Assembly: GCA_964016885.1 (NCBI GenBank)
Contig: OZ024740.1
Span: 156,922,001-156,986,000 of the forward strand
Source: Eledone cirrhosa
Lineage: Eukaryota
Reading direction: 5' to 3'
DNA length: 64,000 nucleotides
The translations under genes and the position numbers were made by a program. Below, in pieces: positions 24,166-35,979 of this stretch (position 1 is its first letter; each line of letters begins with the position of its first letter). Under the pieces are notes generated by a model. It had not been told where the DNA came from and did not search any database. It saw nothing but the letters and a program-made list of their open reading frames with translations.

Positions 24166-27100
24166 CTATTATTGTTAATATTACTGCTGTATTAACTTCG
24201 GATATTTACCATGTGGTATTCTAATTCTTACGTATCTCTCTCGGTTATTTACCATGCGACCCTCAGTGCCCCCCCCCCCTCTCTATGCCTCTCTCTAGGA
24301 TTACTACCCTATCTCTACCTATTCAACCTCATTCATCTTGAAACTATTGAAGAGATAAGACACTTTTCCCCTTATCTGCTAAAATGTATCATTAGAGTTG
24401 ATTTCATTTCGTTCCGGCCACCCATCCATACAAATCTTCGAAGGTATCTTAGTTAGTTTTTATGACGTTATTATTGTTAATATTACTACTGTTTTCTGCT
24501 GTATTATTGATAAATTTTCGAAGGTATCTTAGTTCTTATGACGCTATTATTGTTAATATTACTGCTGTATTAACTTCGGATATTTACCATGCGGTATTCT
24601 AATTCTATCGTATCTCTCTCGGTTATTTACCATGCGACCCTCAGTACCTACCTCACAATTTCCCTCCAACCCACCCCCTCACACCACCATAGTCTATTCG
24701 ACCAATCAAACCTCAGCATGCCATTTCCACGGCTGCTGCTACTACTACCTAACTAACTCTCTCCTCCTCTGGCGCAGCCCAACACACCCTGCCATTATCC
24801 CACCACCACTGTTCTTCTAGCCCTCAATTTTCCCACCGTTATGGATGGATGAGCTGAGAATAGATTTGAGCAACTCTGAATCAATAGATGAAATATGAAT
24901 CTGCGAGCTACCAAGCACCCACGTGAAGCGCCAACCCAGAGACCCTCCCCTACGAGTGTCGACAAATGCCCAAAACTCCGAGTTGGTACCATCAATGTAG
25001 GCTCAATGAAAGGAAGAGCAGGAGAAATCGTAGAAATGCTAGAGCGAAAGGAAATTGACGTATGCTGTGTGCAAGAGACAAGATGGAGAGGAGAGTCTGC
25101 CAGAGTCCTCGTAGGAAAAAGTCGGTGCTACAAATTTTTCTGGGTGGGAAATGACGATGGGATAGGTGGTGTAGGTATACTACTAGCTGACAAGTGGGTA
25201 GATAAAGTAATCTCAGTGTACAGGGTAAACGCAAGAATCATTAAACTCAGACTAGTCCTGAATAAAACAATTACCACAATAATATCAGCTTACGCACCCC
25301 AATCGGGGCTGCCAGACGAACTTAAGGATAGGTTTTACGAGTCCCTAATACACACTACTGCTCTAACAGACGACAAGGACTTCCTAATCATCGCAGGAGA
25401 TTTTAACGGACACGTAGGTAAACACTGCGACGGCTTCAATAGAGTACATGGAGGCCATGGGGTTGGCACAAGGAATGAGGAAGGATTCAGACATCTAGAA
25501 TTCTGCGACGCCAATGACATGTCGATATGTAACACAAACTTTAAAAAACCCGACAACCATCTGATCACCTATAGATCAGGGGAGCACTCTAGTCAGTTAG
25601 ATTTTATCCTCATCAGAGGACGTGACAGATGGACGGTCGTAAACACAAAAGCCTTCCCTAGTGAGGAATGTACATCCCAACATAGCTTAGTTGTCAGCGA
25701 CCTCACGGTCAGAACTAGACGAACCCGGAAACAGAGGCCAACCTGGAGAAGAAAGATCTGGAAGCTGAAAGTCCCCTCAACCAGTAACAGATTTAAAGAT
25801 ATTTTACTCAACGCCTACGACAGTAAAGAAGAACAGATAGAGACATTTAATGTAGAAGAGAACTGAGAGTTCCTAAAAAATAATTTACTAGAGGCGACGG
25901 ATGAGGTCTGTGGCTGGAGTAAGACCTCAAGCAGGAGGAGAGTGACTTGGTGGTGGAACAATAAGGTAGATGAACTAGTCAAGGCCAAGAGACAGGCATG
26001 GAAAGAATGGAAGAACGGGGGGAGCAGGGTACATTACATAGAGACCAAGAGGGAAGCTAGGCGACAAGTATACTTAGCTAGGAGGGAAGCAGAGGATAGA
26101 AAATTCAAGCATGTCTTACAACGTGAGGACCAGAAACAGGAGGTATTCAAGATTGCGAGGCAGTGTGTCAGAGATAGTTGTGATGTCATTGGAGAGAAGT
26201 GTATCCGGAATGATAAAGGTGAGCTTGCCCTCACAAGTGCTGAGAAGAAAGATGCATGGAAGAGTCATTATGATAGATTACTAAATGAGGAGAATGCATG
26301 GGAAGAAGAGACCCTACCCCAAGTAGACCCTATAGAGGGACCAGCAGTACAAGTAAGCGGCAGCGTAGTAAGTAAGGCAATCAAAGATATGAAGATGGGG
26401 AAGGCAACCGGTCCATCGGGTATAGCTGCCGAGATGCTGAAGGCATCTGGGTCTGTAGGTCACACTATAACCACACGTATCGTTAACCAGGTAATACTAG
26501 AAGGGGCCATACCAAAAGATTGGTGCAGTAGCATCATTGTCAACTGCTACAAAGGTAAAGGCGATGCACTAGATAGAGGAAACTATAGAGGTATGAAGTT
26601 GATGGACCAGGTCATGAAAGTAACAGAAAGAGTTATAGCACAGCTGATTAGGGACCGGGTGAAAATAGACGAGATGCAATTTGGGTTTGTACCAGGAAGA
26701 GGCACCTCTGATGCCCTCTTCCTTGTGAGGCAATTACAGGAAAAGTACCTAGCTAAAAGTAAGCCACTCTACTTGGCATTTGTCGACCTTGAGAAAGCCT
26801 TTGACAGAGTTCCACGTGCTGTAATCTGGTGGGCTCTTAGAAAACTAGGAGTAGATGAATGGCTTGTGAAAGCGGTACAAGCCATGTATAGGGGAGCAGT
26901 TAGCAAAGTTAGGATTAGCAATGAGTATAGCGAGGAATTTAGCGTACAGGTTGGGGTCCACCAGGGCTCTGTTCTTAGCCCTCTCCTGTTCATCATAGTC
27001 CTGCAGGCAATAACGGAGGAGTTTAAGACCGGATGCCCATGGGAACTCCTGTATGCTGATGACCTCGCACTCATAGCTGAATCTATGGTAGAACTAGAGA

Positions 27101-28325
27101 ATAAATTCCAAACCTGGAAGCAGGGACTAGAAAGAAAGAGTCTCAAAGTCAACATGACAAAGACTAAGGTCCTTGTAAGTAGACGAGAAAACAGAACCCA
27201 GATCCCCTCAGGGAAATGGCCTTGCTCAGTATGTAGGAAAGGTGTAGGTAGGAACTCCATTCTCTGCCCCAAATGCAAACAATGGGTACACAAGAGATGT
27301 AGCGGGATCTTAGGAAGCTTAATTAAGAATGTAGGATTCACATGCAGCAGCTGTGCTGAGACAGCAAACAGCAAACAGCCACAGGAAACAAGTACCACCA
27401 ATCTCTGGGAGGGCTCTGTAGAAACAGTAGACAGCTTCTGCTACCTAGGTGACCGAATTAGCAACGGAGGTGGGTGTTCAGAAAGTGCAATAATTAGGGT
27501 AAGAACGGGATGGAAGAAGTTTAGGGAACTACTACCACTGCTAGCTTCAAAAGGCTTCTCCCTCAGAATGAAAGGCAGACTGTATGATGCGTGTATCTGA
27601 ACAGCGATGTTGCATGGTAGTGAGACCTGGGCGCTGAAGGTGGAAGACTTACGTAGATTAGAGAGAAACGAAGCCTGCATGCTCCGATGGATGTGTAACA
27701 ATAATATACGTGAACGACAAAGCATAAATGAATTGAGAGAGAGACTGAGCATAAGAGGAATCAAATGCTGTGTGCAGGAGAGGCGGTTGCGCTGGTATGG
27801 ACATGTGATGCGTATGAAGGATGACAGCTGCATAAAAAGGTGCAGAGCACTAGAAGTTGATGGAAACCGCGGAGTGGGGAGACCCAAGATGACCTGGGAT
27901 GAGGTGATAAAAGCCGACCTTACCCAATTACACCTCTCAAAGACAATGACACACGACCGTGACTTCTGGCGTCACGCAGTAATACAGAGTACCCGACCTC
28001 CCATGGGTACATCCTGAAGCATATAGACAATATGCCCCCACACACCCCACCGCAAGGTGGTCGTGGAGGTGCCACGGCAAAAAAGCACCCAGCCCACACT
28101 GTAAAGTGGACGTGTAGGCGCCACGAAAAAGCACCCAGCACTCACTGTAAATGAGGTTGGTGTTAGGAAGGGCATCCAGCTGTAGAAATCAAGCCAAATC
28201 AGTTCCTGTATGAGCAAGGCATGGTCAGCCGACCAGACACTGCCCACAACAGGACAACCCGTCTAACCCATGCTAGCGTGGAAGAACGGACGTAAAACGG
28301 TGATGATGATGATGATGATGATGAT
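24166..28325 (+). mobile_element. Near full-length RTE-clade LINE with repetitive 5' region and (GAT)n tail
   Basis: ~100-bp direct repeat at 24166 and 24544; APE-RT ORF; 3' UTR with duplicated aaaaagcacccagc...cactgtaaa; tail gatgatgat at 28302-28325. Confidence 0.9.
24895..28017 (+). pseudogene. RTE ORF (APE endonuclease, RT with Cys/His finger insert), one frame broken by two TGA stops
   Basis: GTINV, CVQETRW, SAYAPQ, GDFNGHVG, SQLDFIL, NYRGMKL, DLEKAFDRV, GVHQGSVLSP, LLYADD, FCYLG, LRWYGHV. ORFs 24895, 25942 and 27607 share a frame; stops at 25864 and 27598. Confidence 0.92.
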
Positions 28326-28553
28326 ATGTATATATATATACAGACTTGACTTCGTAATGTTACTATCTAACTGATCCCATTCACAAGCTCTTACTCAAGG
28401 CGCATACCTCTTGGTCTTCGTTAGATCGAAACCTGCTCTCCGTGATTTTACATACTGAATTTCCTAACCAAATTGCTATATATATTGAATATAATGCCTG
28501 TTAGGCTTGAGTTGTACAGTGATTTCATATTTCCATTATTAAAAATAAAGTAA

Positions 28554-28767
28554 GGGCAGTCGATTGGCACAATCGGTAGAGCGTCGGACAACATGCTTTG
28601 CAGCATAGAGTTACGGCCCTTTATGATCTGAGTTCAAATCCCGCCGAGGTTAACTTTGCCTTTCATCCTTACGGGGTCGATAGAATAAAGTATCAGTCAC
28701 ACACTGAGGTCGATTTAATCGACTTCCCCCTCCCCCAAAATTGCCGGCCTTGTGCCTATATAAGAAA
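28554..28767 (+). mobile_element. Full-length tRNA-derived SINE with 18-bp target-site duplication
   Basis: A box tggcacaatcgg, B box gagttcaaatcc, central gcctttcatccttacggggtcgat domain; ccattattaaaaataaag at 28533-28550 and 28768-28785. Confidence 0.88.
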
Positions 28768-29049
28768 CCATTATTAAAAATAAAGCAATAATAATACAAA
28801 GAATATTACATATAAGTATATGTATTTGTGTAGGAGGATTTGTCTGTTTGTGTCTGGGCAGATAAAACTACCAAAAGAAAAACTATGTATTGAATAAAAT
28901 AATTTTTTTCATTACATATTTTTAAATAAATTAAAGTCTACTTTAAGAATATTTTATTTTTTATTTTTTTTATCCGGTCAGTTTATCTATTGAAATACAC
29001 AAATGCACACCCGTTTATGTTTCTCTCTCATTTCTTTTTTTTTTTCCAT

Positions 29050-29129
<80 letters not shown>

Positions 29130-29340
29130 CCTCTCTCACTGTCTCTCTCACGCACGCACAACTTTCTCTCGCTCACTCGATCTCCTGCTGTTTGCTTGTA
29201 TTTAGTATAGTTTGAAAATGGTCTATGATTATCTTTGTTTGAAATTCATTGTACACTTTTATATCAAGCACTGAATTGTATGTATAAAAGCATATATTAT
29301 TTTATATTTGATATAAAATATATATATATATATATATATA

Positions 29341-29830
29341 TGAGAAATTATGACCCCGACGGCAGAGCTCAAGCTGTTTCGACGGCTGTTTCTGGACTAA
29401 AGTAAGAGTTTTTTTTAGTCTGGTAAATAAATAGCCGAAATTTTCAAGGGGTACTTCCTTATATGGGAAGAATGTAGTTGTCAAGAGGATTGGACAAAAT
29501 TTGTAGTAGACACAGAAAAGTCTATGATAGCAGTGGGTGCGGGGTGGGGTGGCTGAACTTGCCTGTAGAACGATAGGGGAGTGGGTAGAGCCGGTCAAGC
29601 GTTGAAGGTGAAATCTACACGGCAAATTCTAAGGAATGTGTATGAAAGTAGGCCAGAGGAGGTAGGCAAAAAAAGGTTTCATGAGAGAATGGAGGAGGGA
29701 CGTTATAGAATTGGTAAATCAAATGAGATTAGGAGACAATGAAAAATTATAATAAAAAAGAATATAATAAAAAATGAGAGAAAGATATATCAGAATGTAA
29801 GATTGGAATGTGAGAAGTGAAATAAAGCAA
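29341..29830 (-). mobile_element. PLE-like 3' end containing the complete hammerhead (29353-29452) of the 17279/48872 family
   Basis: Minus strand acccc TTGAAAA ttt cggctattt...aaacagccg tc GAAA cagcttgagctctgccg TC ggggt; the 3' end abuts (TA)n. Confidence 0.7.
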
Positions 29831-30031
29831 AAACTAAGGAGTCTAACACAGCTGTTATATTTAGTTGGTATTGCTTTTTCGGCCAATGCTATAGAATGAG
29901 TTGCTTGATGAGAATTGTTGAAATTTTAGAATTGGGTAAAAATTAATACAACATCTCTGGGTCTAACACAGCTGCTATGAATAGTTAGTATAGCGTAATC
30001 GGCCAATGCAATCTATAAGTTACTGGGGTGG

Positions 30032-30289
30032 GGGTACTGAGGCTAAAGAGGCCCGATGGGCTGACTCGGGGTAGGCGAAAAGGGAAAAAACCAAAGAAAC
30101 GAACAAGGAATAAGATCGGTGGTGGAAAGAAGTGATAGGAGGAGACAAAGGGAAGAAGAAAACATAGAGCAAAAGAAAAGAGGTAGATCTACCTATATAA
30201 GTTGGGGTTTTCCTCGTTCGTTTCTTTGTTTTTTTCCCCTTTTCGCCTACTCCGAGGCAGCCCATCGGGCCTCTTTAGCCTCAGTACCC
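30032..30289. repeat. GC-rich fold-back, ~78-bp arms (30032-30110 and 30208-30289) with ~100-bp spacer
   Basis: gggtactgaggctaaagaggcccgatgggctg...gtaggcgaaaaggg pairs with cccttttcgcctac...cagcccatcgggcctctttagcctcagtaccc. Confidence 0.85.
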
Positions 30290-30545
30290 TAAGTCTGGTA
30301 ATGTTGAGCAGCTCACTGATACAGTTACGGTCGCTGAGCCGGTTGCCAGTCATAAGTCTCATGATGTGGTTCTGGAATGTAGAGAGCTTCTGAAGTGACC
30401 TTGTTGTCCAATTAACACAGTTAAGACCATATAACACAACTGGTAGGATGTAAGTATCGAAAATCTTAGCCTTAAAATAATAGGGAACTTGTTTTGATTG
30501 TAATTATTCCTTGTTCTTGTTGAAAGCTGCCCAACCTAGAGCTAT
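30290..30545 (-). pseudogene. LINE (RTE-like) RT C-terminal fragment
   Basis: LGWAAFNK, KAKIFDTYILPVVLYGLNCVNW, FQNHIMRLMTG. Confidence 0.75.
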
Positions 30546-30679
30546 CATTATTTTTTTTTTGGGGGGGGGGGGGTGCATATATGTGCATATATGTATATAT
30601 ACCGCGAAGGTTAAAGTATCAAGTTAAGATCTGGCGCGGGATAGCCTCCCTTAATGAAAGTGGGTGGAGTCTCTCTGAG

Positions 30680-30775
<96 letters not shown>

Positions 30776-30778
<3 letters not shown>

Positions 30779-31193
30779 TATTTACGTATCGAGAAAGAGA
30801 AAAAAAGGGGAGGAGAGGTGATACATATAGTTATTTGCCAAGTAGCGTATGCCAAAGGTGCTCGATACTAGTGCCGGCAGTATTAAATATTCGAAGTGTT
30901 AATATTTAGTGGGCTAGAGAGTTAGCAGAGCGTAAGCACGTGGGAAAGTTAAAAATCGGAGAATAGACCGTTAAAACATGTTTATTTAAAACAGCACCTA
31001 CGTACGTTTAGCCCAGTTGGGCTTCTCAAGGGCATAAATAATCAAAAGTGTTCCTTATATTGCTCGAGCAATATAAGGAACACTTTTGATTATTTATGCC
31101 CTTGAGAAGCCCAACTGGGCGAAACGTACGTAGGTGCTGTTTTAAATAAACATGTTTTAACGGTCTATTCTCCGATTTTTTACTTTCCCACGT
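30776..31193. mobile_element. Near-perfect ~256-bp palindrome (30938-31193, centre gctcgagc at 31063-31070) plus ~160-bp left tail between (TA)n arrays
   Basis: Arms differ at about two positions; each arm carries a hammerhead and AATAAA. Confidence 0.9.
31098..31137 (+). ncRNA. Minimal type I hammerhead, U3-A8 covariant core
   Basis: gccc TTGAGAA gccc-aact-gggc GAAA cgtacg TA ggtgc; the mirror copy in the left arm has GAAA mutated to TAAA. Confidence 0.75.
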
Positions 31194-31220
31194 ATATATA
31201 TATATATATATATATATATG

Positions 31221-32410
31221 CAAAGTTTTATTTAAATTGTTGGGTTACAACGAGTAAATATTTATAACTGATATAAAAGCACTCAACAAGTATTTGGAGT
31301 ATATTTACGATATTAAATAAATGGAAACTATATTTATAAAACCATATTTATTTCATTATATATATTTCAGGGATATCATATTAAAAATATGTTATGCCTT
31401 CTTCAGACAAAATACAATATAAACAGTCTTATAAATAGATAAATTTGACATACCTTTCAACTTCATCTTCCATTTAAAAAGTTGATTTGGTAGTGAAAAA
31501 TGTTAGGGACAGTTATAAAAAAGAAAGAAAGAAAGAAAGAAAGAAAAGAAAGAAAGAAAGAAAGAAAAAACGAAGAAAAAGAAGAAATGCATGCAACTAA
31601 ATAGAGAGAAAAAACAAAAAAATATAAAAATATTAAAAATAAAAATATTAAAAATATTAAAAATATAAAAAAATATTAAAAATGTTTTATTTTTTATTTT
31701 TAATATTTTTAATATTTTTATTTTTAATATTTTTATATTTTTTTGTTTTTTTATTTTTTATTTCTGATATTTTTATTGATATATTGATATCTGTTCTTTA
31801 TTTATGCTTGTACGATAATCATGTAGTGTAAAGACAAGAATAGTATTGTTAAAATTAATGTAGACTCTATATATATTTGTGTGTATGTACACATATATGT
31901 ATACTAGAATTTTTATAGCACAATGAGAATGTTTTCGTGTGAAATAGGAATTTGCAGAGTTGATCACGTAAATTCACATGGATGTCTATAGTATCGAATC
32001 TGGGATAACCTTCTATTTTATCTCAACTCTGATATAAACCTAAGAATTTTTAAACTAGACATATGATCATTATTTTTCACACATTATTGATACGTGTCTC
32101 ATTCATGAATACTGATATTTACATTATAATGCCTGATTCATACGAATTTATATTTTTACATTGATGAAACATAGTGTTTTAAATCTGCCTCGTTTATGTC
32201 TGGATATTTTTCTTTTCTCTCTATGTAACGGCTGTTTTCTCTCCTAACCACATATATCTCTCTCTATATTAATACTAGAACTAAATGAATAAATAAATAA
32301 ATAAATATATCATTGATACATCATTCAACTGGTGCCCAACTACCTATTTTCTTTCTCTCTATCTCTATCTATATCTATCTCTCTCTATTTTTTTTTCTCT
32401 CTCTCTCTTT

Positions 32411-32449
<39 letters not shown>

Positions 32450-32575
32450 CTGTGTTTTTTTCCTCTCTCTATATATCTCTCTCTGTTTCTTTACATGAAT
32501 TCCTCTCTCTATCTATCTCTCTATATCTATCTCTCTCTATTTAGTTGCATGCATTTCTTCTTTTTCTTCGTTTTT

Positions 32576-32615
<40 letters not shown>

Positions 32616-32827
32616 TTTTATAACTGTCCCTAACATTTTTCACTACCAAATCAACTTTTTAAATGGAAGATGAAGTTGAAAGGTATGTCAATTCTATCTA
32701 TTTATAAGACTGTTTATATTGTATTTTGTCTGAAGAAGGCATAACATATTTTTAATATGATATCCCTGAAATATATATAATGAAATAAATATGGTTTTAT
32801 AAATATAGTTTCCATTTATTTAATATC

Positions 32828-32830
<3 letters not shown>
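31221..32830. mobile_element. Fold-back cassette with ~300-bp arms (31306-31608 and 32533-32830), ~900-bp spacer and ~85-bp left tail
   Basis: Arms nearly exact reverse complements including a GAAA microsatellite; (TA)n on both outer sides; nested AT-only palindrome at ~31610-31752. Confidence 0.88.
32722..32787 (+). ncRNA. Type I hammerhead motif (mirror copy at ~31349-31414, minus strand)
   Basis: tattttgt CTGAAGA agg cataacatatt...aatatgatat c cct GAAA tatata TA atgaaata; 8-bp stem I with two wobbles. Confidence 0.68.
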
Positions 32831-32868
<38 letters not shown>

Positions 32869-33118
32869 AATAAAGATTCAGCGAGAATCGCATTTCGGCG
32901 GGCAAGAAAAGCGAAGCGAAATGCAAAAATCAGATATGATACTGGCAAAGTGCTCAATAGTTAAAAGCCAGAGCTAAACAATGTGTTAAGAAGCCATACA
33001 AAACTGAAAAGGTGGTCAAGAAGGCATTAACCACCCAAGCCAAAAACCAAATCAAGCTAAACAGGTCAAGACAAAATAAATGATAAAAAATAAATGATAA
33101 CCAGAATATATATATACG

Positions 33119-33157
<39 letters not shown>

Positions 33158-33346
33158 GTTGGCCCAAACGTCATACAGGGGTCGCAACTGTTTATATTTT
33201 TTATTTTATTTTATAATATTGAATAATGTAAAGGTATGACAAGGATTGGCGAATGCAAATTAATTTCCATTATGTCCTTTATGTTGTATCAAAATTTCAT
33301 ACATCAATGTGTACAATTTAGAAAGTTAATAAAAACTAAAACTATA

Positions 33347-33447
<101 letters not shown>

Positions 33448-33448
33448 T

Positions 33449-33894
33449 ATAAGATCAAAAGATGGTTAAAAGAGTTCCATATTTTATCATGCGCATTTCA
33501 AAAACAAATATCATCATGCAATAACATTTGCGTTTTCGTCAGATAAAATAGGGAGACATGATATGAAGATTAAAACACACTTGTGAATAGTGCAGTTTTA
33601 AATCAACATATCATATATATATATATCAACATAGCATATATATGTTGATTTAAAACTGCACTATTCACAAGTGTGTTTTAACCTGTCATGTCTCCCTATT
33701 TTATCTGACGAAAACGCAAATGTTATTGCATGATGATATTTGTTTTTGAAATGCGCATAATAAACTACATAGAACTCTTTTAACCATCTTTTGATCTTAT
33801 ATATTATTATTTATACTCCAGTTCTACAAACTGTAGAGTGCTACTTATCCGATATCTGCATTGCTTTATTGTACTACAATAAAACTCACCTCCT

Positions 33895-33897
<3 letters not shown>
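33449..33897. mobile_element. Fold-back cassette with ~160-bp arms (33449-33610 and 33642-33800) and ~95-bp right tail in (TA)n
   Basis: Arms reverse-complementary with a few differences; same family as 60423-60590. Confidence 0.88.
33700..33764 (+). ncRNA. Type I hammerhead ribozyme motif
   Basis: tttat CTGACGA aaacgcaaatgttatt...gatgatatttgttttt GAAA tgcgca TA ataaa. Confidence 0.78.
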
Positions 33898-33964
<67 letters not shown>

Positions 33965-34399
33965 TGTTGCTAGTTAAGACAAGTAAGGCTATTATTCAAC
34001 TTAGTATTGCATACGTAATGAAAGTAGACTGTAAATATTATTAAATGTTTGGATGCCCAACAGTCGAGCATAAACAGTTCCGGTGGTTATATAAGCAATG
34101 ATTTCCCATCTTGACATTTGAAACAGTTTAAAGTTGACTGTCGGGCATCCATTCTGTATATACGCACATGTGTTTTTTTCTCACCATTTTATTTTCATTT
34201 CCTCTGTTCCTTCCTTTCATCACTTTTTACTTTCTATTTATCTTCTATTTCTAACTCTATCTTCTGATGAAGGACTAGTGTCAAAAAAGTTATAACTCTC
34301 TTCCTACTATTTCAAGCGTTGAGCTAATATATTTCTTCCATATACTGTGCTTTTTGTTTTGTTATTTCTGCTTACCTTTTACACACACACACACATACA

Positions 34400-34476
<77 letters not shown>

Positions 34477-34636
34477 AAATAGTAGAAAGGAAAAAGAGAT
34501 ATTTTCAGTAGAAAATGTTGAAGAGAATTTTTCAGTGAAATATCAAAACATTAATTTATTTACTCTACCGGTTTCAGCATTATATGCATTGTCAATTGCG
34601 GATACGCAGAATATTGTTAAATTGCATATTTGTACA

Positions 34637-34691
<55 letters not shown>

Positions 34692-34694
<3 letters not shown>

Positions 34695-34815
34695 TTATGC
34701 TGAGATTGGTGGTGGTGGTGAAATTGCCGTTATATGACTGTTGTATTTAGTGTACACAGAGGGGGTTTTCTTCCATTTATAACCATTTTCTTTTTTGAAT
34801 ATAAAATGTATAATA

Positions 34816-34851
<36 letters not shown>

Positions 34852-34855
34852 TGCA

Positions 34856-34886
<31 letters not shown>

Positions 34887-35014
34887 TATTATACATTTTA
34901 TATTCAAAAAGGAAAATGGTTATAAATGGAAGAAAACCCCCTCTGTGTACACTAAATACAACAGTCATATAACGGCAATTTCACCACCACCACCACCACC
35001 AATCTCAGCATAAT
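34692..35014. repeat. Near-perfect inverted duplication bounded and centred by TAA/TTA microsatellites
   Basis: About 125 bp of unique arm plus (TTA)n-ctgca-(AAT)n centre; arms differ in GGT repeat number and about two bases. Confidence 0.92.
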
Positions 35015-35979
35015 AATAATAATTACTATTATTATTGTCTCAAGTTTTAACAAAATGTTTAATTCCAATATTAAGAAATATGTCAACACAAATACGCGAC
35101 TAACCCCATAGATTCACCGATCAAACAAAAATACAGTCTATTCAACAAAACTCAGTAACGACAACGCCATCACTACAGTCACCGCCACCGCCGCCCATCC
35201 ATCATTACTACCACTATCCCATCACCGCCGCCACCACTCCTTCATTTCTACCACCGCTATCCCTCCCTCCATTACCTTCTGTTAACTCACGAAAGGGGAA
35301 GGTGGCGGTATCACTAGACAATATTAATAAACAAGATTAATATTTAATTTTGGATCAGGAATGTTAGAGTCGAAAAGGAGAACAATGACAAAATGACTAA
35401 ATAACTAAAGATAATTTCACCACCAACACCACCACCACTACCACGATGAAAACTCTGGTCAAGTCGACTCAACCGCTGTTTCTACTCCAACTTCAACACC
35501 ATCACTACAGTACTACGATCACATCACCACCACCACTGCCTCATTATCGCTACCGCCGCTATTCGCTATTCTCTCCCACTACCTCCTGCTAATTGCTGCT
35601 AGCACAGCACCGCCACCACCGCCACCACCACCACCACCACTGCCTCATTGTCATTACCGCTGCTATTCTCTCCCGCTACCCCCTGCTACATCGTAGAAAC
35701 CCCACTAAAAGAGGAAGGCATCAAAATATATAAATAGACTGAATTGATGACCCGGTCAGAATAAAAAAAAAAAAATCAAAATCAAAGCAGCACAGCAACA
35801 ACGAAAAACGTAAAGAAAAGGAAAATGAAGAGAAAAACAAACAGACGGACAGAGAAGAGAAGGGAAAAACTAAGTCAGACATTCAAACACTACATTACAA
35901 TGAAACTTATGCTTATTCATTTTTGGGGGTTTTTTGCCTGTTTGTTTGTTTGTTTATTTATGTTCGTCTACAGCGTGAT

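Noticed and set aside
25864-27600. Two in-frame TGA codons as selenocysteine or readthrough
   Set aside because: Contexts fit single mutations from Trp and Arg codons; no SECIS recognised.
26769-27887. Long antisense ORFs over LINE coding regions (also 36314-36757, 40203-40586)
   Set aside because: Shadows of the sense RT frames with no recognisable motifs.
30938-31193. Palindromes as sequencing or assembly fold-back artefacts
   Set aside because: Arms carry differences, have one-sided tails and recur as families with shared boundaries; read-level confirmation is still needed.
34262-34300. ctgatgaaggactagtgtcaaaaaagtta hammerhead relic
   Set aside because: GAAA core and stem III lost.
35160-35690. 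CCA-rich stretch as a coding or regulatory region (also GGT-rich 44510-44660)
   Set aside because: Degenerate trinucleotide low-complexity sequence with no sustained ORF or splice pattern.
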